DNA of 64,000 bases from Trueperaceae bacterium (GTDB lineage: Bacteria > Deinococcota > Deinococci > Deinococcales > Trueperaceae): positions 3,200,001-3,264,000 of the forward strand of contig CBDCDZ010000004.1 of assembly GCA_965215565.1 (NCBI GenBank). The letters run 5' to 3'. Each line of letters begins with the position of its first letter. The first letter of the stretch is position 1. This document shows, one piece after another, positions 18,998 through 29,820 of this stretch. The notes beneath the pieces are model-generated. The model saw nothing but the letters and a program-made list of their open reading frames with translations. It had not been told where the DNA came from and did not search any database. The translations under genes and the position numbers were made by a program.

Positions 18998-19837
18998 ATG
19001 GTAAAGCTCGGCGCACACGTTTCCGCTGCGGGCGGCGTCTCGAACGCGGTACGTAACGCGGCGGCGCTAGGTTGCGACGCGCTGCAGCTCTTCGTCAAGA
19101 ACGCGAGCCGCTGGGACGCCAAACCTTTGGACCCCGGCGAGGTCGCGCGCTTCAAGGAGATGCGCGCCGCGCAAGGCTCCTTACCTACCGTCGCGCACGC
19201 CTCATACCTCATCAACCTCGCTGCGACGAACGCCGAGACGCTGCGGCGGTCTCGAGCCGCCCTGAGCGGCGAGCTAGCACGCTGCCACGCGCTCGGCATC
19301 GGCGGGTTGGTCTTGCACCCCGGCGCGCACATGGGACGCGGCAAAGAGGCGGGGTTAGAAGCCGTCGTCACCTCTTTGAACGCGGTGCTGGGCGCGAACC
19401 CAGAGATTAAAACAAAGGTGCTGCTCGAGAACACCGCCGGGCAAGGCACTGTTTTGGGCAGCCGCTTGGAGCACCTCGCGTGGATCAGGGCGAACGCAGA
19501 GAGGGGCGAACGTCTAGGGGTTTGCTTCGACACCTGCCACGCCTTCGCCGCTGGCTACGACCTCAAAGGGAGATATGAAGAGGTGATGAATGAGTTCGGC
19601 GAAACCGTCGGCTGGGAGGCGCTAGGCTGCGTCCACCTCAACGACTCGCAGCACGCGCTCGGTTCGCGCAGAGACCGCCACGCGAACTTGGGCGCGGGTC
19701 ATATTGGCATGGAGGTGTTCGTCAAGCTCGTGAGCGACGTGCGTTTAGAGGGCGTGCCGCTGGTGCTCGAGACCCCTTTGGGCAAGGACAAGCTAGGTCA
19801 TAAGCGCGATTTGGCTAGACTCCGCGGTCTCTTATAG
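18998..19837 (+). CDS. nfo: Endonuclease IV
   Basis: GAHVS, HASYLIN, HPG, ENTAG, DTCHAF, HLNDS, DRH, ETP. Confidence 0.95.
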   Translation: MVKLGAHVSAAGGVSNAVRNAAALGCDALQLFVKNASRWDAKPLDPGEVARFKEMRAAQGSLPTVAHASYLINLAATNAETLRRSRAALSGELARCHALGIGGLVLHPGAHMGRGKEAGLEAVVTSLNAVLGANPEIKTKVLLENTAGQGTVLGSRLEHLAWIRANAERGERLGVCFDTCHAFAAGYDLKGRYEEVMNEFGETVGWEALGCVHLNDSQHALGSRRDRHANLGAGHIGMEVFVKLVSDVRLEGVPLVLETPLGKDKLGHKRDLARLRGLL

Positions 19838-19854
19838 GCGTAGGTGTAGAGGTC

Positions 19855-20256
19855 TTGAGAGTGAATAACGTGAGACTCGCTTGGGCCGTCAGTATAGGCG
19901 TCGCCACCCTGATCGGCACGCAGAGTATCTTTTGGGGGCTGCTAGCTGGGCTCGCGCTGTTCGTGCTCGTGCGCTGGTGGCAGCCTCGCGCCTTCGCCGT
20001 ACCCCCCGACGTGAGCGCGTCAGGACCGCGCCCCACCGAAAGAGCAACCTCCATAGAAGTCGTCTGCAAGACGGTCACCCCGGTGCGGCAGGAGTGGGTC
20101 TCGCTCAAGACGGGACGGCTCTACGACGTGCTGAGCGCCAACGGGCTCGCGGGCGCGCGTCCGGGCGACAGGGGTAGGGTGACGCTCACCGGGGCGACGT
20201 GGCGAATCGACCTGCCCGCACCCAACTCCAACCGCGAAGAGGTGGACGCGCCCTAG
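19855..20256 (+). CDS. Hypothetical membrane protein
   Basis: Two N-terminal hydrophobic segments; follows nfo. Confidence 0.55.
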   Translation: MRVNNVRLAWAVSIGVATLIGTQSIFWGLLAGLALFVLVRWWQPRAFAVPPDVSASGPRPTERATSIEVVCKTVTPVRQEWVSLKTGRLYDVLSANGLAGARPGDRGRVTLTGATWRIDLPAPNSNREEVDAP

Positions 20257-20281
20257 AGACCGTGCCGAACGAAAGCTTTAT

Positions 20282-20467
20282 TAGCAGTTCCACGACATAC
20301 TGGGACAGTTGAGCGCAGATCTCTGTCCGTAAGGACTAGCGTTACGGGCAGGCCGCCCTGCCGTTGCGGGATTTCATCTCTTAAAGTGCGTGCTAGTTAC
20401 GTAGTTTTCACGCAGTGAAACATCGTTTTACAAAGTGAGAGTGTCTCCGACCAGATGATACCTGCTA
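20282..20467 (-). mobile_element. MITE-like family copy B
   Basis: tagcagttcc...ccagatgatacctgcta; TAT on both flanks. Confidence 0.85.
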
Positions 20468-20641
20468 TATGTACCTCTCCACCACTTTTGGTATACCTGT
20501 TTTTGTGTACGACGTGTCTTCGCACTACGGTTTAGATTCGCCCGCCTACGGACTGCACCTAAAGGCCCTGTGAAGCGCCAAAGGTGCAGATGAGCGTGAG
20601 GTTTCTCACATTGGCTGCTACAGTGAGGACGGAGACTCATC

Positions 20642-21790
20642 ATGTATCCATCTTCCTCTGACACCCCTGCGCCTCACGGAAGGGACCTCGTGCTCTCTGA
20701 CGCTATAGCGTCGGACACGCAGACGCTCAACCGGTTGCGCTGGCGCGTGTCGCAGCTCGCTCTGGTCATCGCCTCGCTCGCGATGGTGCTGCAGTGGCTT
20801 CTCCTGACCCTCGAGCCCATCACGTACGGCGCTGTATCTCTGCTGATAGCGAGCCTTTGGTTTGCGCTTTTGGCTGTTTATCAGGGCGCTGTGCGCCGCG
20901 TCTCCGTGCTGGCGGAGCGCTTGGGACATCTGGGCTCGCTCGCGCTCTTTTTAGAGTTTTATACGCGCACAGTGGCGAACGTGTTGACGCTCGAGCGTCC
21001 GCCGGGCGAACTGGCGGAGATTTTCCCCTGGTTCGCGCCTATTTACATCACCGCGTTTATCGTCTATAGCGGCAGAACCGCGCTCGCGCTCTGCGGCGGT
21101 GTCGCCCTTTACACCTCGAGCGTCAGCGCCTTTTTCATCTCGCGTTCGGCGCTTAACGGCGCAGAGATGGTGGGGCTCGAGGCGTCTTTGGACCTCTTCG
21201 CTGCGAACGTCATCTCGCTGCTCATGCTCTTCATGCTGAGGCGCACCACCGAAGCCTGGACCAAAACGCGGGCCAGAGCCGAGGCGCTCGCGCAACTCGC
21301 CAACAGAGACGCGCTTACAGGGCTCTACAACCGGCGCTATTTGGACCAGACGGTCGCAGAGGAGGTGCGCCGCGCGCGGCGCTATGAGCACCCCCTCAGC
21401 GTCGCGCTCTGCGACATAGACAACTTTAAGCACGTCAACGACCGCTTCTCGCACGGCGTCGGCGACAGCGTGTTGGGAGAGGTAGCGCGTCTTTTAGAAA
21501 GCAGTGTTCGCCGCATTGACACCGTCGCCCGTTACGGCGGAGAGGAGTTCGTCCTCATCTTCCCTGAAACCGAGGCGGCGCAGGCGCACGTCGTCTGCGA
21601 AAAGGTTCGCCGCAAGATAGAGCGCCACCCCTGGTTCCGCTTCCATCCCGAGCTTAGCGTAACGGTGAGCATCGGCGTCGCGAGCGCGCGGCGTGGAGCG
21701 CGCTACCAGAACTCGAAACAGCTCCTGAGCGCCGCCGATCTAAAGCTCTATGAGGCGAAGCGGGCAGGGCGTAACCAGGTGCAGCGCTGA
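20642..21790 (+). CDS. Membrane-anchored diguanylate cyclase
   Basis: DALTGLYNR, DIDNFK.VND, RRID I-site, GGEEF. Confidence 0.92.
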   Translation: MYPSSSDTPAPHGRDLVLSDAIASDTQTLNRLRWRVSQLALVIASLAMVLQWLLLTLEPITYGAVSLLIASLWFALLAVYQGAVRRVSVLAERLGHLGSLALFLEFYTRTVANVLTLERPPGELAEIFPWFAPIYITAFIVYSGRTALALCGGVALYTSSVSAFFISRSALNGAEMVGLEASLDLFAANVISLLMLFMLRRTTEAWTKTRARAEALAQLANRDALTGLYNRRYLDQTVAEEVRRARRYEHPLSVALCDIDNFKHVNDRFSHGVGDSVLGEVARLLESSVRRIDTVARYGGEEFVLIFPETEAAQAHVVCEKVRRKIERHPWFRFHPELSVTVSIGVASARRGARYQNSKQLLSAADLKLYEAKRAGRNQVQR

Positions 21791-21976
21791 GCACGCTGCC
21801 GCGTCGTTGGCAAAACGACGTTTCGTCCGTCACGAATGGGACGCAAACGCGGTCCGCGCTCAAGCGCAGCCAAAAAGCTCGAACGTTCTCAGTGAAAGAG
21901 ATGCACTTTCGGAGTAGTGACAGCAAAGAGGCTCGAGGATATGTCCTCGAGCCTCTTCTTGAGCAAGCTATTCAGT

Positions 21977-22216
21977 CTATGGGTGAGCGTCGCTGGCAGC
22001 CACGCTCGGGTTAGCGCGCCGAGGATGCGCGAGCACGCTCGCTTTAGCGCGACTCCTTACGCCGTCACGCACGGCTTGCCAAGCGGCTTCGGCGATGGCT
22101 AACTCGCGCCGCGCCGCCTCTAAGCCGTACCCTCGGCGCTCCGCTTGCGCGACTCGAAAACGTGCGGCGATGAGGGTGTCGGCGGTTCTATCTAGTGAAG
22201 ATGTAAAGAAAAGCAT
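21977..22216 (-). CDS. Small hypothetical protein
   Basis: GGAGG before ATG 22216; helical Ala/Arg-rich sequence. Confidence 0.5.
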   Translation of the reverse strand: MLFFTSSLDRTADTLIAARFRVAQAERRGYGLEAARRELAIAEAAWQAVRDGVRSRAKASVLAHPRRANPSVAASDAHP

Positions 22217-22345
22217 CGCTGCCTCCAAATAGCGTGAGAGAAAGATGAGCAACTTCACTTATAGTAGCAGATGTTTAGGTCCGAGCCGCCTTAAATAAAA
22301 GAACGATGAAGTAGGACAACAACAGGTGTGAGCGGATGCGAACAA

Positions 22346-22544
22346 AGCAGTTCACAGAAATGTTGAATTGGAAGAGCGCAAGCCTCAGTTCGAAGAACCA
22401 TCTCGCTCTCAGGCGAAGCCTAGCGGGACGGCTTCGCCTGAGAGCGGGATTTCATTTAAGAATGTGCGTGTTCGCCGGTGTTCTCTAACGTGGGACTGGC
22501 TCAAACCAAATGAAGTTCAGCTAGGCTCCGCCTGAGACTTGCTA
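22346..22544 (-). mobile_element. MITE-like family copy F with nested micro-inserts
   Basis: agcagttc...cttgcta; internal hairpin 22400-22450. Confidence 0.8.
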
Positions 22545-22666
22545 TAGAAACAAAGGTAACAGGATGTGTAGTAGTGGCTCATGGCACTGCTATAAGGTTG
22601 GTGGTGTACCACGTTTTGTGTATGCAGCGGCGCAACGTCGCTTTCGCATAAAACGGGACACCTCTT

Positions 22667-24160
22667 TTAAGCTTCAGGCTTTAAGAGCGGGAAGAGGATC
22701 ACGTCGCGGATGCTCGGCACGTCCGCCAGAAGGATCGCTAAGCGGTCGAGCCCTAGACCCAAACCCCCTGTGGGCGGCATCCCGTACTCGAGCGCCGTTA
22801 AAAAGTCCTCGTCCAAGGGTTGCGCCTCGTCGTCGCCTGCGTCGCGGAGGGCTTGCTGCGCCTCGAAGCGTCTCCGCTGGTCTACAGGGTCATTGAGTTC
22901 CGAAAATGCGTTGCCGAGTTCCATGCCTACACAGACCGGCTCGAAGCGCTCAACTAAGCCAGGTCTCTTTCGGTGCTTCTTCGCCAAGGGGCTGATCGCG
23001 AGCGGGTGGTCCATCACGAACGTAGGCTGCTCCAGATGCGGCTCCACGTAGATGTCGTAGAGCTTGTTGTACACCTGACCGATGGGCTGGTCCGCCAACG
23101 CCTCCCCATTTGCCCCGCTATGCGGCGCGTGATGCTCGCGCACCCACGCGCGCAGCGCCTCTTCGTCCAAGGGATCAGCGTCCATCTTCGCCCTCGCTCT
23201 AAGCTCGCCCGTGTAGTCGACTCGGGCCCAGGGCGCGCTGAAGTCCAGTTCTTTCCCCTGATAGATGAGCGTGGTGGAGCCCGTCAACGCTTGCACGAGC
23301 GAGCTGTACATCGTCTCGACAAGCTCTAAGATATCCAGGTAATCCCTGCCCGCCCAGTAAAGTTCCAACATCGTGTATTCCGGGTTGTGCTTGGGGCTCA
23401 TCCCCTCGTTGCGGAAGTTGCGTCCGATTTCGTAGACCGCCTCGAAGCCGCCGACGATGAGGCGCTTGAGGTACAGCTCTAAGGAAATACGCAGGTGAAA
23501 GTCGTAGCCCAGCGTGTTGTGATGCGTGATGAAAGGGCGCGCCTCCGCGCCGCCGGGAACGCTCTGCAACACGGGCGTCTCAACCTCCAAAAACCCCAAC
23601 TCGTCCAAGTAGCGGCGGATGTAGCTGGTGGCGCGCGAGCGCAGCACGAACGCCCGCCTGACCTCCGGGTTGACCATGAGGTCCAAGTGGCGCTGACGGT
23701 AGCGCTGCTCTTTATCGGCTAAGCCGTGGTACTTGTCGGGCAGCGGACGTAGCGACTTGACGAGCGGGCGAAAGTCGGTAGCTTTGACAGTCAGCTCGCC
23801 TGTTTTGGTCACGAAGAGGGGACCTGTGACCTCGAGCCAGTCGCCCAAGTCGATCTTTTTAAGCGCGTTGTAGCGCTCTAGGGCGTCCTTCTGAAAGTAC
23901 GCCTGAATCTGTCCCGAAGCGTCTTGTAGGGTCACGAACGACGCCTTGCCCATCATCCGCACCGTCATCGCCCGCCCTGCAACGGTCACGGTCTCTTCAA
24001 AAGCGTCGCCCGGCCCCGCGGTTCCATGCGCCGCTTGCAAATCCGCCGCGCGGTGCGTCGCGCGAAAGCTGTAAGGGTACGGCTCGAAGCCGCGCTCCTC
24101 CAAGGAGTCCAAATTTTTAAGGCGCTGCTCGCGCTGTTCGTTGAGTGATTTTTGAGTCAT
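22667..24160 (-). CDS. lysS: Lysyl-tRNA synthetase (class II)
   Basis: RYRQR.LDL, GGAEARPF.T, FRNEG, YGMPPTGG.G.G.DR. Confidence 0.97.
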   Translation of the reverse strand: MTQKSLNEQREQRLKNLDSLEERGFEPYPYSFRATHRAADLQAAHGTAGPGDAFEETVTVAGRAMTVRMMGKASFVTLQDASGQIQAYFQKDALERYNALKKIDLGDWLEVTGPLFVTKTGELTVKATDFRPLVKSLRPLPDKYHGLADKEQRYRQRHLDLMVNPEVRRAFVLRSRATSYIRRYLDELGFLEVETPVLQSVPGGAEARPFITHHNTLGYDFHLRISLELYLKRLIVGGFEAVYEIGRNFRNEGMSPKHNPEYTMLELYWAGRDYLDILELVETMYSSLVQALTGSTTLIYQGKELDFSAPWARVDYTGELRARAKMDADPLDEEALRAWVREHHAPHSGANGEALADQPIGQVYNKLYDIYVEPHLEQPTFVMDHPLAISPLAKKHRKRPGLVERFEPVCVGMELGNAFSELNDPVDQRRRFEAQQALRDAGDDEAQPLDEDFLTALEYGMPPTGGLGLGLDRLAILLADVPSIRDVILFPLLKPEA

Positions 24161-24300
24161 AAAGCGTCCTAAACTAAAGTGAGCGTAAGGAGGTCAAAAC
24201 CTTGTCTAGTTTAGATTACCTCTTGCTAGGTGGTGTGACCGTATAGTCAAGTTGCTTATACTGGGAGACCTCGCTGAAAAAGTCACAGGAGAAGGCAAAT

Positions 24301-24324
24301 TTAGGGCGATTCATAAATCGCCCC
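24301..24324. repeat. REP-like palindrome
   Basis: ttagggcgattcataaatcgcccc, related to 15909-15936. Confidence 0.6.
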
Positions 24325-24559
24325 GCCCGTTTCGTTTATGTCGCGCATACCCTCGCTAAGAAAAATGATCGTGACTTTTCTAAGGTGTGGGGGCAATATC
24401 ATTCAGGTATCAGTAGAATCACGTAATTACTTTCGCGCCGGCTATTGAATTCTGGCGGCTCAGCCTCTCTGACGCTGAGCCAACATCTTCGCTAGCATAC
24501 CGCCTTATAATTGACCTCGCGAAGTTTTAAGTATCCCCCTCAAAAGGAGACACGCTATC

Positions 24560-25036
24560 ATGAGCAAAAAACCCATCTACTTAACCCCGCAAGGTCATCA
24601 GAAGATCAAGGACGAACTCAAGTACCTAGTCGAGGTGCGCCGCCAGCAGATTTCTGAGAACATGGGGCAAGCGATTGCCGACGGCGACCTCCGTGAGAGC
24701 GCCGCCTACGACGAAGCGCGTATGGAGCAGAGCGCGAACGAAGCCCGCATCGCCGACCTAGAGGAGATCATCCACCGCGCCGTCGTCGTCGAGCACCAAG
24801 AGGGCGACGTCGCCGTGGCGCGACTCGGCGCGAGCCTGACGCTCGAGGACACCTCGGGCGAGCAGAACACCTTTCACTTAGTTGGCACGCACGAGGCGGA
24901 CATCTTGGACAACCGCATCTCGGACGAGTCGCCTCTAGGCTCGAAGCTGATGGGCAAGCAAGCGGGCGACAAGGTCAAGGTGCCTTTAGGCAACCGCACG
25001 ACGGAATATACCGTCGTGGACGTACGCTTCGAGTAA
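24560..25036 (+). CDS. greA: Transcription elongation factor GreA
   Basis: GDLRESAAYDEA, ISDESPLG. Confidence 0.93.
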   Translation: MSKKPIYLTPQGHQKIKDELKYLVEVRRQQISENMGQAIADGDLRESAAYDEARMEQSANEARIADLEEIIHRAVVVEHQEGDVAVARLGASLTLEDTSGEQNTFHLVGTHEADILDNRISDESPLGSKLMGKQAGDKVKVPLGNRTTEYTVVDVRFE

Positions 25037-25381
25037 GCACACGTCCAACCCCTTTGGACCAGTTCCCTTTAGAGTAGAAGTGCAGAAGTCAGCCGCCGCC
25101 CAGAAGTCTAGGATCTCTGAGCGGCGTTCTCTTGCCCCGAGTACCCTGTGTACACTTACCCCGTGTACGCCTATAGCGTGCTCAGCCGAAACGTCTGAGT
25201 CTACAGCAAACTCAAAATTAGACTTTATCCGAGGGTGTGGTATAACCTTGTGTAGGTCACTCGCCGCTTTGGTGTTACACACCTTCGCCTGCTCCTGATT
25301 AGCCCCTTTTCGTAAAACTGGTGAAGCGTGACGGCAACCTTTTTGCACAAACCGTGCTCTGGGTTTAAGTAACGGGACTTG

Positions 25382-25492
25382 TAGGGCTTTCTGATTTCAT
25401 TGAGCTTGTATCACGCAGGTATCATTACCGAACGTGCATACTCGATGACGCTCCATCTAGTGGGATTGGTTCAAACTAGATGATACCTACTA
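25382..25492 (-). mobile_element. MITE-like family copy L
   Basis: tgagcttgtatcacgcaggtatcat...ctagatgatacctacta; matches end of copy I. Confidence 0.7.
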
Positions 25493-25611
25493 ACCCGCGC
25501 CGTTCATCAAACCTAGGTTTTCCCTCAACCTGCGTGCTGTACATGAGCTGTACACGTAGCGCGAAGTGGTGAGTTTACTCAACGTCCAGGGGGACGAAAT
25601 AAGGGGTAGAA

Positions 25612-27243
25612 ATGGCAGACAACCGTAAAAGTCGTGAGGATGTAGACAGTAGGATTGGCGAGAGGAACATCCAGCGCTGGGGCCTGGACATGCACAACCC
25701 GGTGTTTTTCACCTCGAGCGGGTTTATCATCGTCCTGCTCGTCCTGACGCTTCTCTACCAAGAACAAGCCGCGAGCGCCTTTAGCGCGGTGCAAACCTAC
25801 GTCTCGAACCAGTTCGGCTGGTTTCTCATCTTGACCGTCAACATCTTGCTCGTCTACTCGCTCTTTCTGGCGTTCGGGCGCTTCGGCAAGATTCGCATCG
25901 GTGGTCAGGACGCCCGCCCGGAATTCTCGCGGCTCTCGTGGTTCGCGATGCTCTTTAGCGCCGGGATGGGCATCGGCGTCATCTACTGGAGCGTAGCGGA
26001 GCCCATCACGCACTATTCGACGACGCCCTTCTTAGCCCAGTCGGGCACGGAGAGCGCCGCGCAGGTAGGCATGGTGACCACTTTCTTGCACTGGGGGCTG
26101 CACGCCTGGGCGGTCTACGCGGTGGTGGGTTTAGCCCTCGCCTTCTTCGCCTACAACTGGGGCTTGCCCTTGACGGTCCGCTCGCTCTTTTACCCGCTTT
26201 TAGGCGAGCGCATCTACGGCTGGATCGGCGACGTGGTGGACACCACTGCGGTACTCGCGACGATGTTCGGCATCACCACCGTGCTAGGGCTCGGGGCGGG
26301 GCAGATCAGCGCGGGCATGAATTACCTCTTCGACACGCCGGACACCATCGTCGTCGAGGTCGGCGTAATTGCCTTTATCACCGCCATCGCCACGATGTCG
26401 GTGGTGGCGGGCTTGGACGGCGGCGTGAAGCGGCTCAGCGACCTCAACATCGGCATCGCGACTCTTCTTCTCGCGTTCATCCTCGTCGTCGGTCCAACGG
26501 TTTTTATCCTCAACGGCTTCATCCAAAACGTCGGCTACTACCTGCAGAATTTCATGTTTTTAGGGACGTGGAGTGAGGTGTACGAGGGCGGCACCTGGCA
26601 AAACACCTGGACGGTCTTCTACTGGGCATGGTGGGTCTCCTGGGCTCCATTCGTGGGCATCTTCATCGCCCGCATCTCGAAGGGGCGCACGGTCAGGGAG
26701 TTCATGTTGGGCGTGGTTCTCGTGCCGAGCATCGTGTGCTTCTTCTGGTTCTCAGCTTTCGGCGGAACCGCGCTCCACCAGGCGCTTAACGGCACCAACG
26801 ACATCGTCGGCGCGGTGAACGAAAACTTCGCGACGGCGTTTTTCGCGATGGTTTCGCCGCTCCCTCTAGGCGGGGTCATCTCGTTCATCGCCGTGGTGCT
26901 GATTTTCACCTTTTTCGTGACCTCGTCGGACTCGGGCTCGCTGGTCATCGACTCCATCACGGCGGGCGGCAAGGATGACGCGCCCGTCGCGCAGCGCATC
27001 TTTTGGGCGGTGACTGAAGGCGCTGTCGCTGCGGTGCTCCTCATCGGGGGCGGTCTCACCGCGCTCCAAACCGCCGTTCTCGTGCTCGGGCTGCCCTTCG
27101 CCGTCGTGATTCTCTTCGTGTGCTACAGCCTCTATAAGGGCTTGCAAACGGAATTCTTGGATGAGGTTGCGGCAGAAGAAGCTCGAGCCGACCGCGAAGA
27201 GGTAGATGTGAGTGCGGGACCCGCCGCCGCGCCTACAGATTGA
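25612..27243 (+). CDS. BCCT-family betaine/choline/carnitine transporter
   Basis: WFAMLFSAGMGIG, HWGLHAW, WWVSWAPFVG.FIARISKGRT. Confidence 0.95.
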   Translation: MADNRKSREDVDSRIGERNIQRWGLDMHNPVFFTSSGFIIVLLVLTLLYQEQAASAFSAVQTYVSNQFGWFLILTVNILLVYSLFLAFGRFGKIRIGGQDARPEFSRLSWFAMLFSAGMGIGVIYWSVAEPITHYSTTPFLAQSGTESAAQVGMVTTFLHWGLHAWAVYAVVGLALAFFAYNWGLPLTVRSLFYPLLGERIYGWIGDVVDTTAVLATMFGITTVLGLGAGQISAGMNYLFDTPDTIVVEVGVIAFITAIATMSVVAGLDGGVKRLSDLNIGIATLLLAFILVVGPTVFILNGFIQNVGYYLQNFMFLGTWSEVYEGGTWQNTWTVFYWAWWVSWAPFVGIFIARISKGRTVREFMLGVVLVPSIVCFFWFSAFGGTALHQALNGTNDIVGAVNENFATAFFAMVSPLPLGGVISFIAVVLIFTFFVTSSDSGSLVIDSITAGGKDDAPVAQRIFWAVTEGAVAAVLLIGGGLTALQTAVLVLGLPFAVVILFVCYSLYKGLQTEFLDEVAAEEARADREEVDVSAGPAAAPTD

Positions 27244-27250
27244 GTATTGC

Positions 27251-27360
27251 AGCAGTTCCACGACACACTGAGACAGTTGAACGCAGGTCTCATCTCTTAA
27301 AGTGCGTGCTAGACACCGCTTTCCAAAATGAGATTGTTTCAAACCAGATGATATTTGCTA
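27251..27360 (-). mobile_element. MITE-like family copy D (insert-free core)
   Basis: agcagttccacgacacactgagacagttga...ccagatgatatttgcta; close to copy B. Confidence 0.82.
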
Positions 27361-27409
27361 TCGGTACTGGTAGACAGAGATGGAAAAGCCACGGAAAGAG
27401 ACAAATGCA

Positions 27410-27436
27410 GTAAGGGTGGGTTTCAAACCCACCCCT
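27410..27436. repeat. REP-like palindrome
   Basis: gtaagggtgggtttcaaacccacccct. Confidence 0.7.
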
Positions 27437-27463
27437 CTCTCTATCTCTTTGCTTCCTACTTCT

Positions 27464-28021
27464 TTAAGGTCTGCGCGTGCAAGCGTGTAAGACCTCCAAC
27501 ACAAATCTCACATCCCCCAACGCTCGGTGGCTCTGGTGCATCTCTAAGAGGTGCGCCAAGCCCTCTTGTCCTACCGCTTTGTGCAGCCCGGTGCGCTTCG
27601 TCCCCTTGAGCCGCGCGTACATCTGCATGGCGCAGGCGAACAGAATCTTCGGATGCGTCACGTTCCAAGCGGCGCTCGTCTGCTCCAACATGCGAGCGTC
27701 GAAGGGCGCGTTCCAAGCTAAAACGGTAGCTTGGTCCGTCAAGTCAACGAGTTCAGGGAGTATCTCGGGCCAAGTGGGTTGTTCCTCCAACGCTGCCAAA
27801 GAAATCCCGTGAACGCGCTGCGCGTGCGGGTTCATGTAAGCGGTGCGCGGACGCACGAGCGTATCGAGCAGCACCTCCCCCTTCGTATTGATGACGCTCA
27901 CTTCGATGACCTCAGCGTTTTTAAGTCCGGTGGTCTCAGTATCTAAAATGAGCACGTCGTCTCGCTCTAAGAGGTTGGCGACTTTGGAATGAAGGGGCGT
28001 GGCTGACGCGGTTCGGGTCAC
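27464..28021 (-). CDS. DEDDh 3'-5' exonuclease (DnaQ-like)
   Basis: LDTETTG, WNAPFD, HRALGD; GTG 28021 likely start. Confidence 0.85.
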   Translation of the reverse strand: MTRTASATPLHSKVANLLERDDVLILDTETTGLKNAEVIEVSVINTKGEVLLDTLVRPRTAYMNPHAQRVHGISLAALEEQPTWPEILPELVDLTDQATVLAWNAPFDARMLEQTSAAWNVTHPKILFACAMQMYARLKGTKRTGLHKAVGQEGLAHLLEMHQSHRALGDVRFVLEVLHACTRRP

Positions 28022-28032
28022 AGGGAAGTATA

Positions 28033-28108
28033 GCAAGAGAGCAATGAGTAGCGAGTTCCGAGCAATGAGTGAAAACCAAAGTCTTTCCACTTTTAACTCA
28101 TTGCTCGA
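28033..28108. repeat. GAGCAAT heptamer inverted array
   Basis: gagcaatgagt x2 ... actcattgctc. Confidence 0.7.
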
Positions 28109-29585
28109 GTAATCCCTCAATCCGCTCCGCCAAATAAAGTTTCGCCAGCGTCTGCGGCTCCGAGAGAGGCAAGCCGATGAGCGCTTCGATTCGTCCAAGT
28201 CGGTAGCGCAACGTGTTCACGTGGATGTGAAGCTCTCCCGCAAGCCTCGTCATGTCACGAGGTGAACGCAAATAGGCGTGCAGGGTGCGCCTGAGTTTGC
28301 CGTTGGCATCCGCCTCTTTAAGAGGTCCGATGAGGTCAGTGTGGAACGTCCTCAAACTCTCTTCGGGTTGCTGCTGCAAGAGCCAGGTGACGGGCTCGAG
28401 CTTCGCAAAACTCCGACCCCCTTGCACCTCTCGTACGCCCTGCGCCGCCAACCGCGCCTGTTGGAATGCTGCTTTAACCTCATTCTGGTTCGTCGCTGCG
28501 CTGATGCCAAGCTGAAAAGGTTCATCGGTTGCAGTTTGCAGCGCTTCAAGAAGCGGTTGAAGCTGCGTGTCAGGGTCCGCGCCGCTAAAAGCCCACACGA
28601 CCTCTTCACCTCTTTGGTTTGACAAGCTGGGCAGCGCGAGCGTTTCAAAAAACTCGTCGCCTGCGCGTTTTGACCTCTCTAAAAAAGTATGGCGTTTCTT
28701 ATTCCGCTTAGAAGAAGTTCCTAAAACGGCGACGAGGTAGGACCCCTCGAGCCCCACCTCTTTCAACCTTTCTGCTAAACCCGTGCTGACGCCGCTGCTC
28801 AACCATTCGCTCAACAGAAGGCTTTTGTCGAAGCCGAAGCGCTGCGCTTCGACCTCTCGCCCCGCCGCTGCCAAGCGCAGCACACCTCTGGCGAGTTCCA
28901 ACAGGGGCAGCCAAGCTCGTTCGACCTCTTGCGCTATTAATACCGAGCGCAGCCGCTCGTTTTGTTCGACACGTAAGACAAGATAATCCCCATCACCTCT
29001 TCGCACATGACCTTCGGGAAGCGCCTCTAAAGACCCCTGCGCTCGCCGCCACCCTCCAGGGCCCGAGCGAGCCAGAAGCGAGCCCCAAGGGGTAAGAAGG
29101 GCGAAGGAGCCACCGCTCAAAGTGGCGAGGCGTTCTAACGCCTCGCGTTCGGGTTTGGGACTTTCTAAGGCGTCTAAGAGATAGCTCTGAAGGCTCGAGC
29201 CCGTCTCTAAACTCGCTAAGTTTTCCTGCGCAAGGAGGCTAAGCGCCGCCTCTTCAACCCTCGCCAAGTTGACGTGCGGCGGCGCGGTGAAGAGGGCAAT
29301 ATTCAATGCTGTTGCTTTCTCCAAGATTTCAGAAGGCAAATGACGATGATTCGGTGTAAGTGCGTAACCGATGATGCTCGGTGTGGGTTCGAAGAGGTGA
29401 AGTTGCGTGAGAGGTGCTTCGCCTAAACGCAAATCAGTTTCGCTCAGCCACGCGCGGTGACGCGCCTGTCCGACACTGCGCACGGTTTCAAAGATTACGT
29501 CGGAACTGCCGCTATGAAGCGTTAAGTTTAGAGAGGGAAGCTCGAGCAGCCATTTAAGCACCATAAAAACCTTTAGAGATTTCAA
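28098..29585 (-). CDS. PucR/CdaR-family transcriptional regulator, divergent from hpa operon
   Basis: C-terminal LHIHVNTLRYRL HTH. Confidence 0.88.
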   Translation of the reverse strand: MKSLKVFMVLKWLLELPSLNLTLHSGSSDVIFETVRSVGQARHRAWLSETDLRLGEAPLTQLHLFEPTPSIIGYALTPNHRHLPSEILEKATALNIALFTAPPHVNLARVEEAALSLLAQENLASLETGSSLQSYLLDALESPKPEREALERLATLSGGSFALLTPWGSLLARSGPGGWRRAQGSLEALPEGHVRRGDGDYLVLRVEQNERLRSVLIAQEVERAWLPLLELARGVLRLAAAGREVEAQRFGFDKSLLLSEWLSSGVSTGLAERLKEVGLEGSYLVAVLGTSSKRNKKRHTFLERSKRAGDEFFETLALPSLSNQRGEEVVWAFSGADPDTQLQPLLEALQTATDEPFQLGISAATNQNEVKAAFQQARLAAQGVREVQGGRSFAKLEPVTWLLQQQPEESLRTFHTDLIGPLKEADANGKLRRTLHAYLRSPRDMTRLAGELHIHVNTLRYRLGRIEALIGLPLSEPQTLAKLYLAERIEGLLEQ

Positions 29586-29603
29586 TAACTATAGCAGAAA
29601 TAT

Positions 29604-29619
29604 CTGTGCAAACAGACAA
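29604..29619. promoter_or_regulatory. Possible PucR-family operator
   Basis: ctgtgcaaacagacaa, a TGT-N8-ACA dyad between regulator and hpaC. Confidence 0.35.
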
Positions 29620-29685
29620 TTGTGCCAAACGTCAGCTTCGTCTATTGTCAGAAAAAGCTAAAAAGAACTATCATCGTTGTGTGAA

Positions 29686-29820
29686 TAGCAGGTAGCATCT
29701 GGTCATTAGCGCTCTCACTTGAGAAAACATTGTTTAGCGCTCACTTCAGGAGATGAAATTCCGCTATTGCTACGCAATGAGATCTGCGTGATACAAACTC
29801 AGTGATTTTGAAAAGCGCTG
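29686..29820 (+). mobile_element. MITE-like family copy I
   Basis: tagcaggtagcatctgg...gatctgcgtgatacaaactcagtgattttgaaaagcgctg. Confidence 0.75.

Noticed and set aside
21808..21875. c-di-GMP-I riboswitch-like words (GGCAAA...GGGACGCAAA) after the GGDEF gene
   Set aside because: Spacing and stems do not fit the aptamer, it lies between convergent genes, and a simple hairpin explains it
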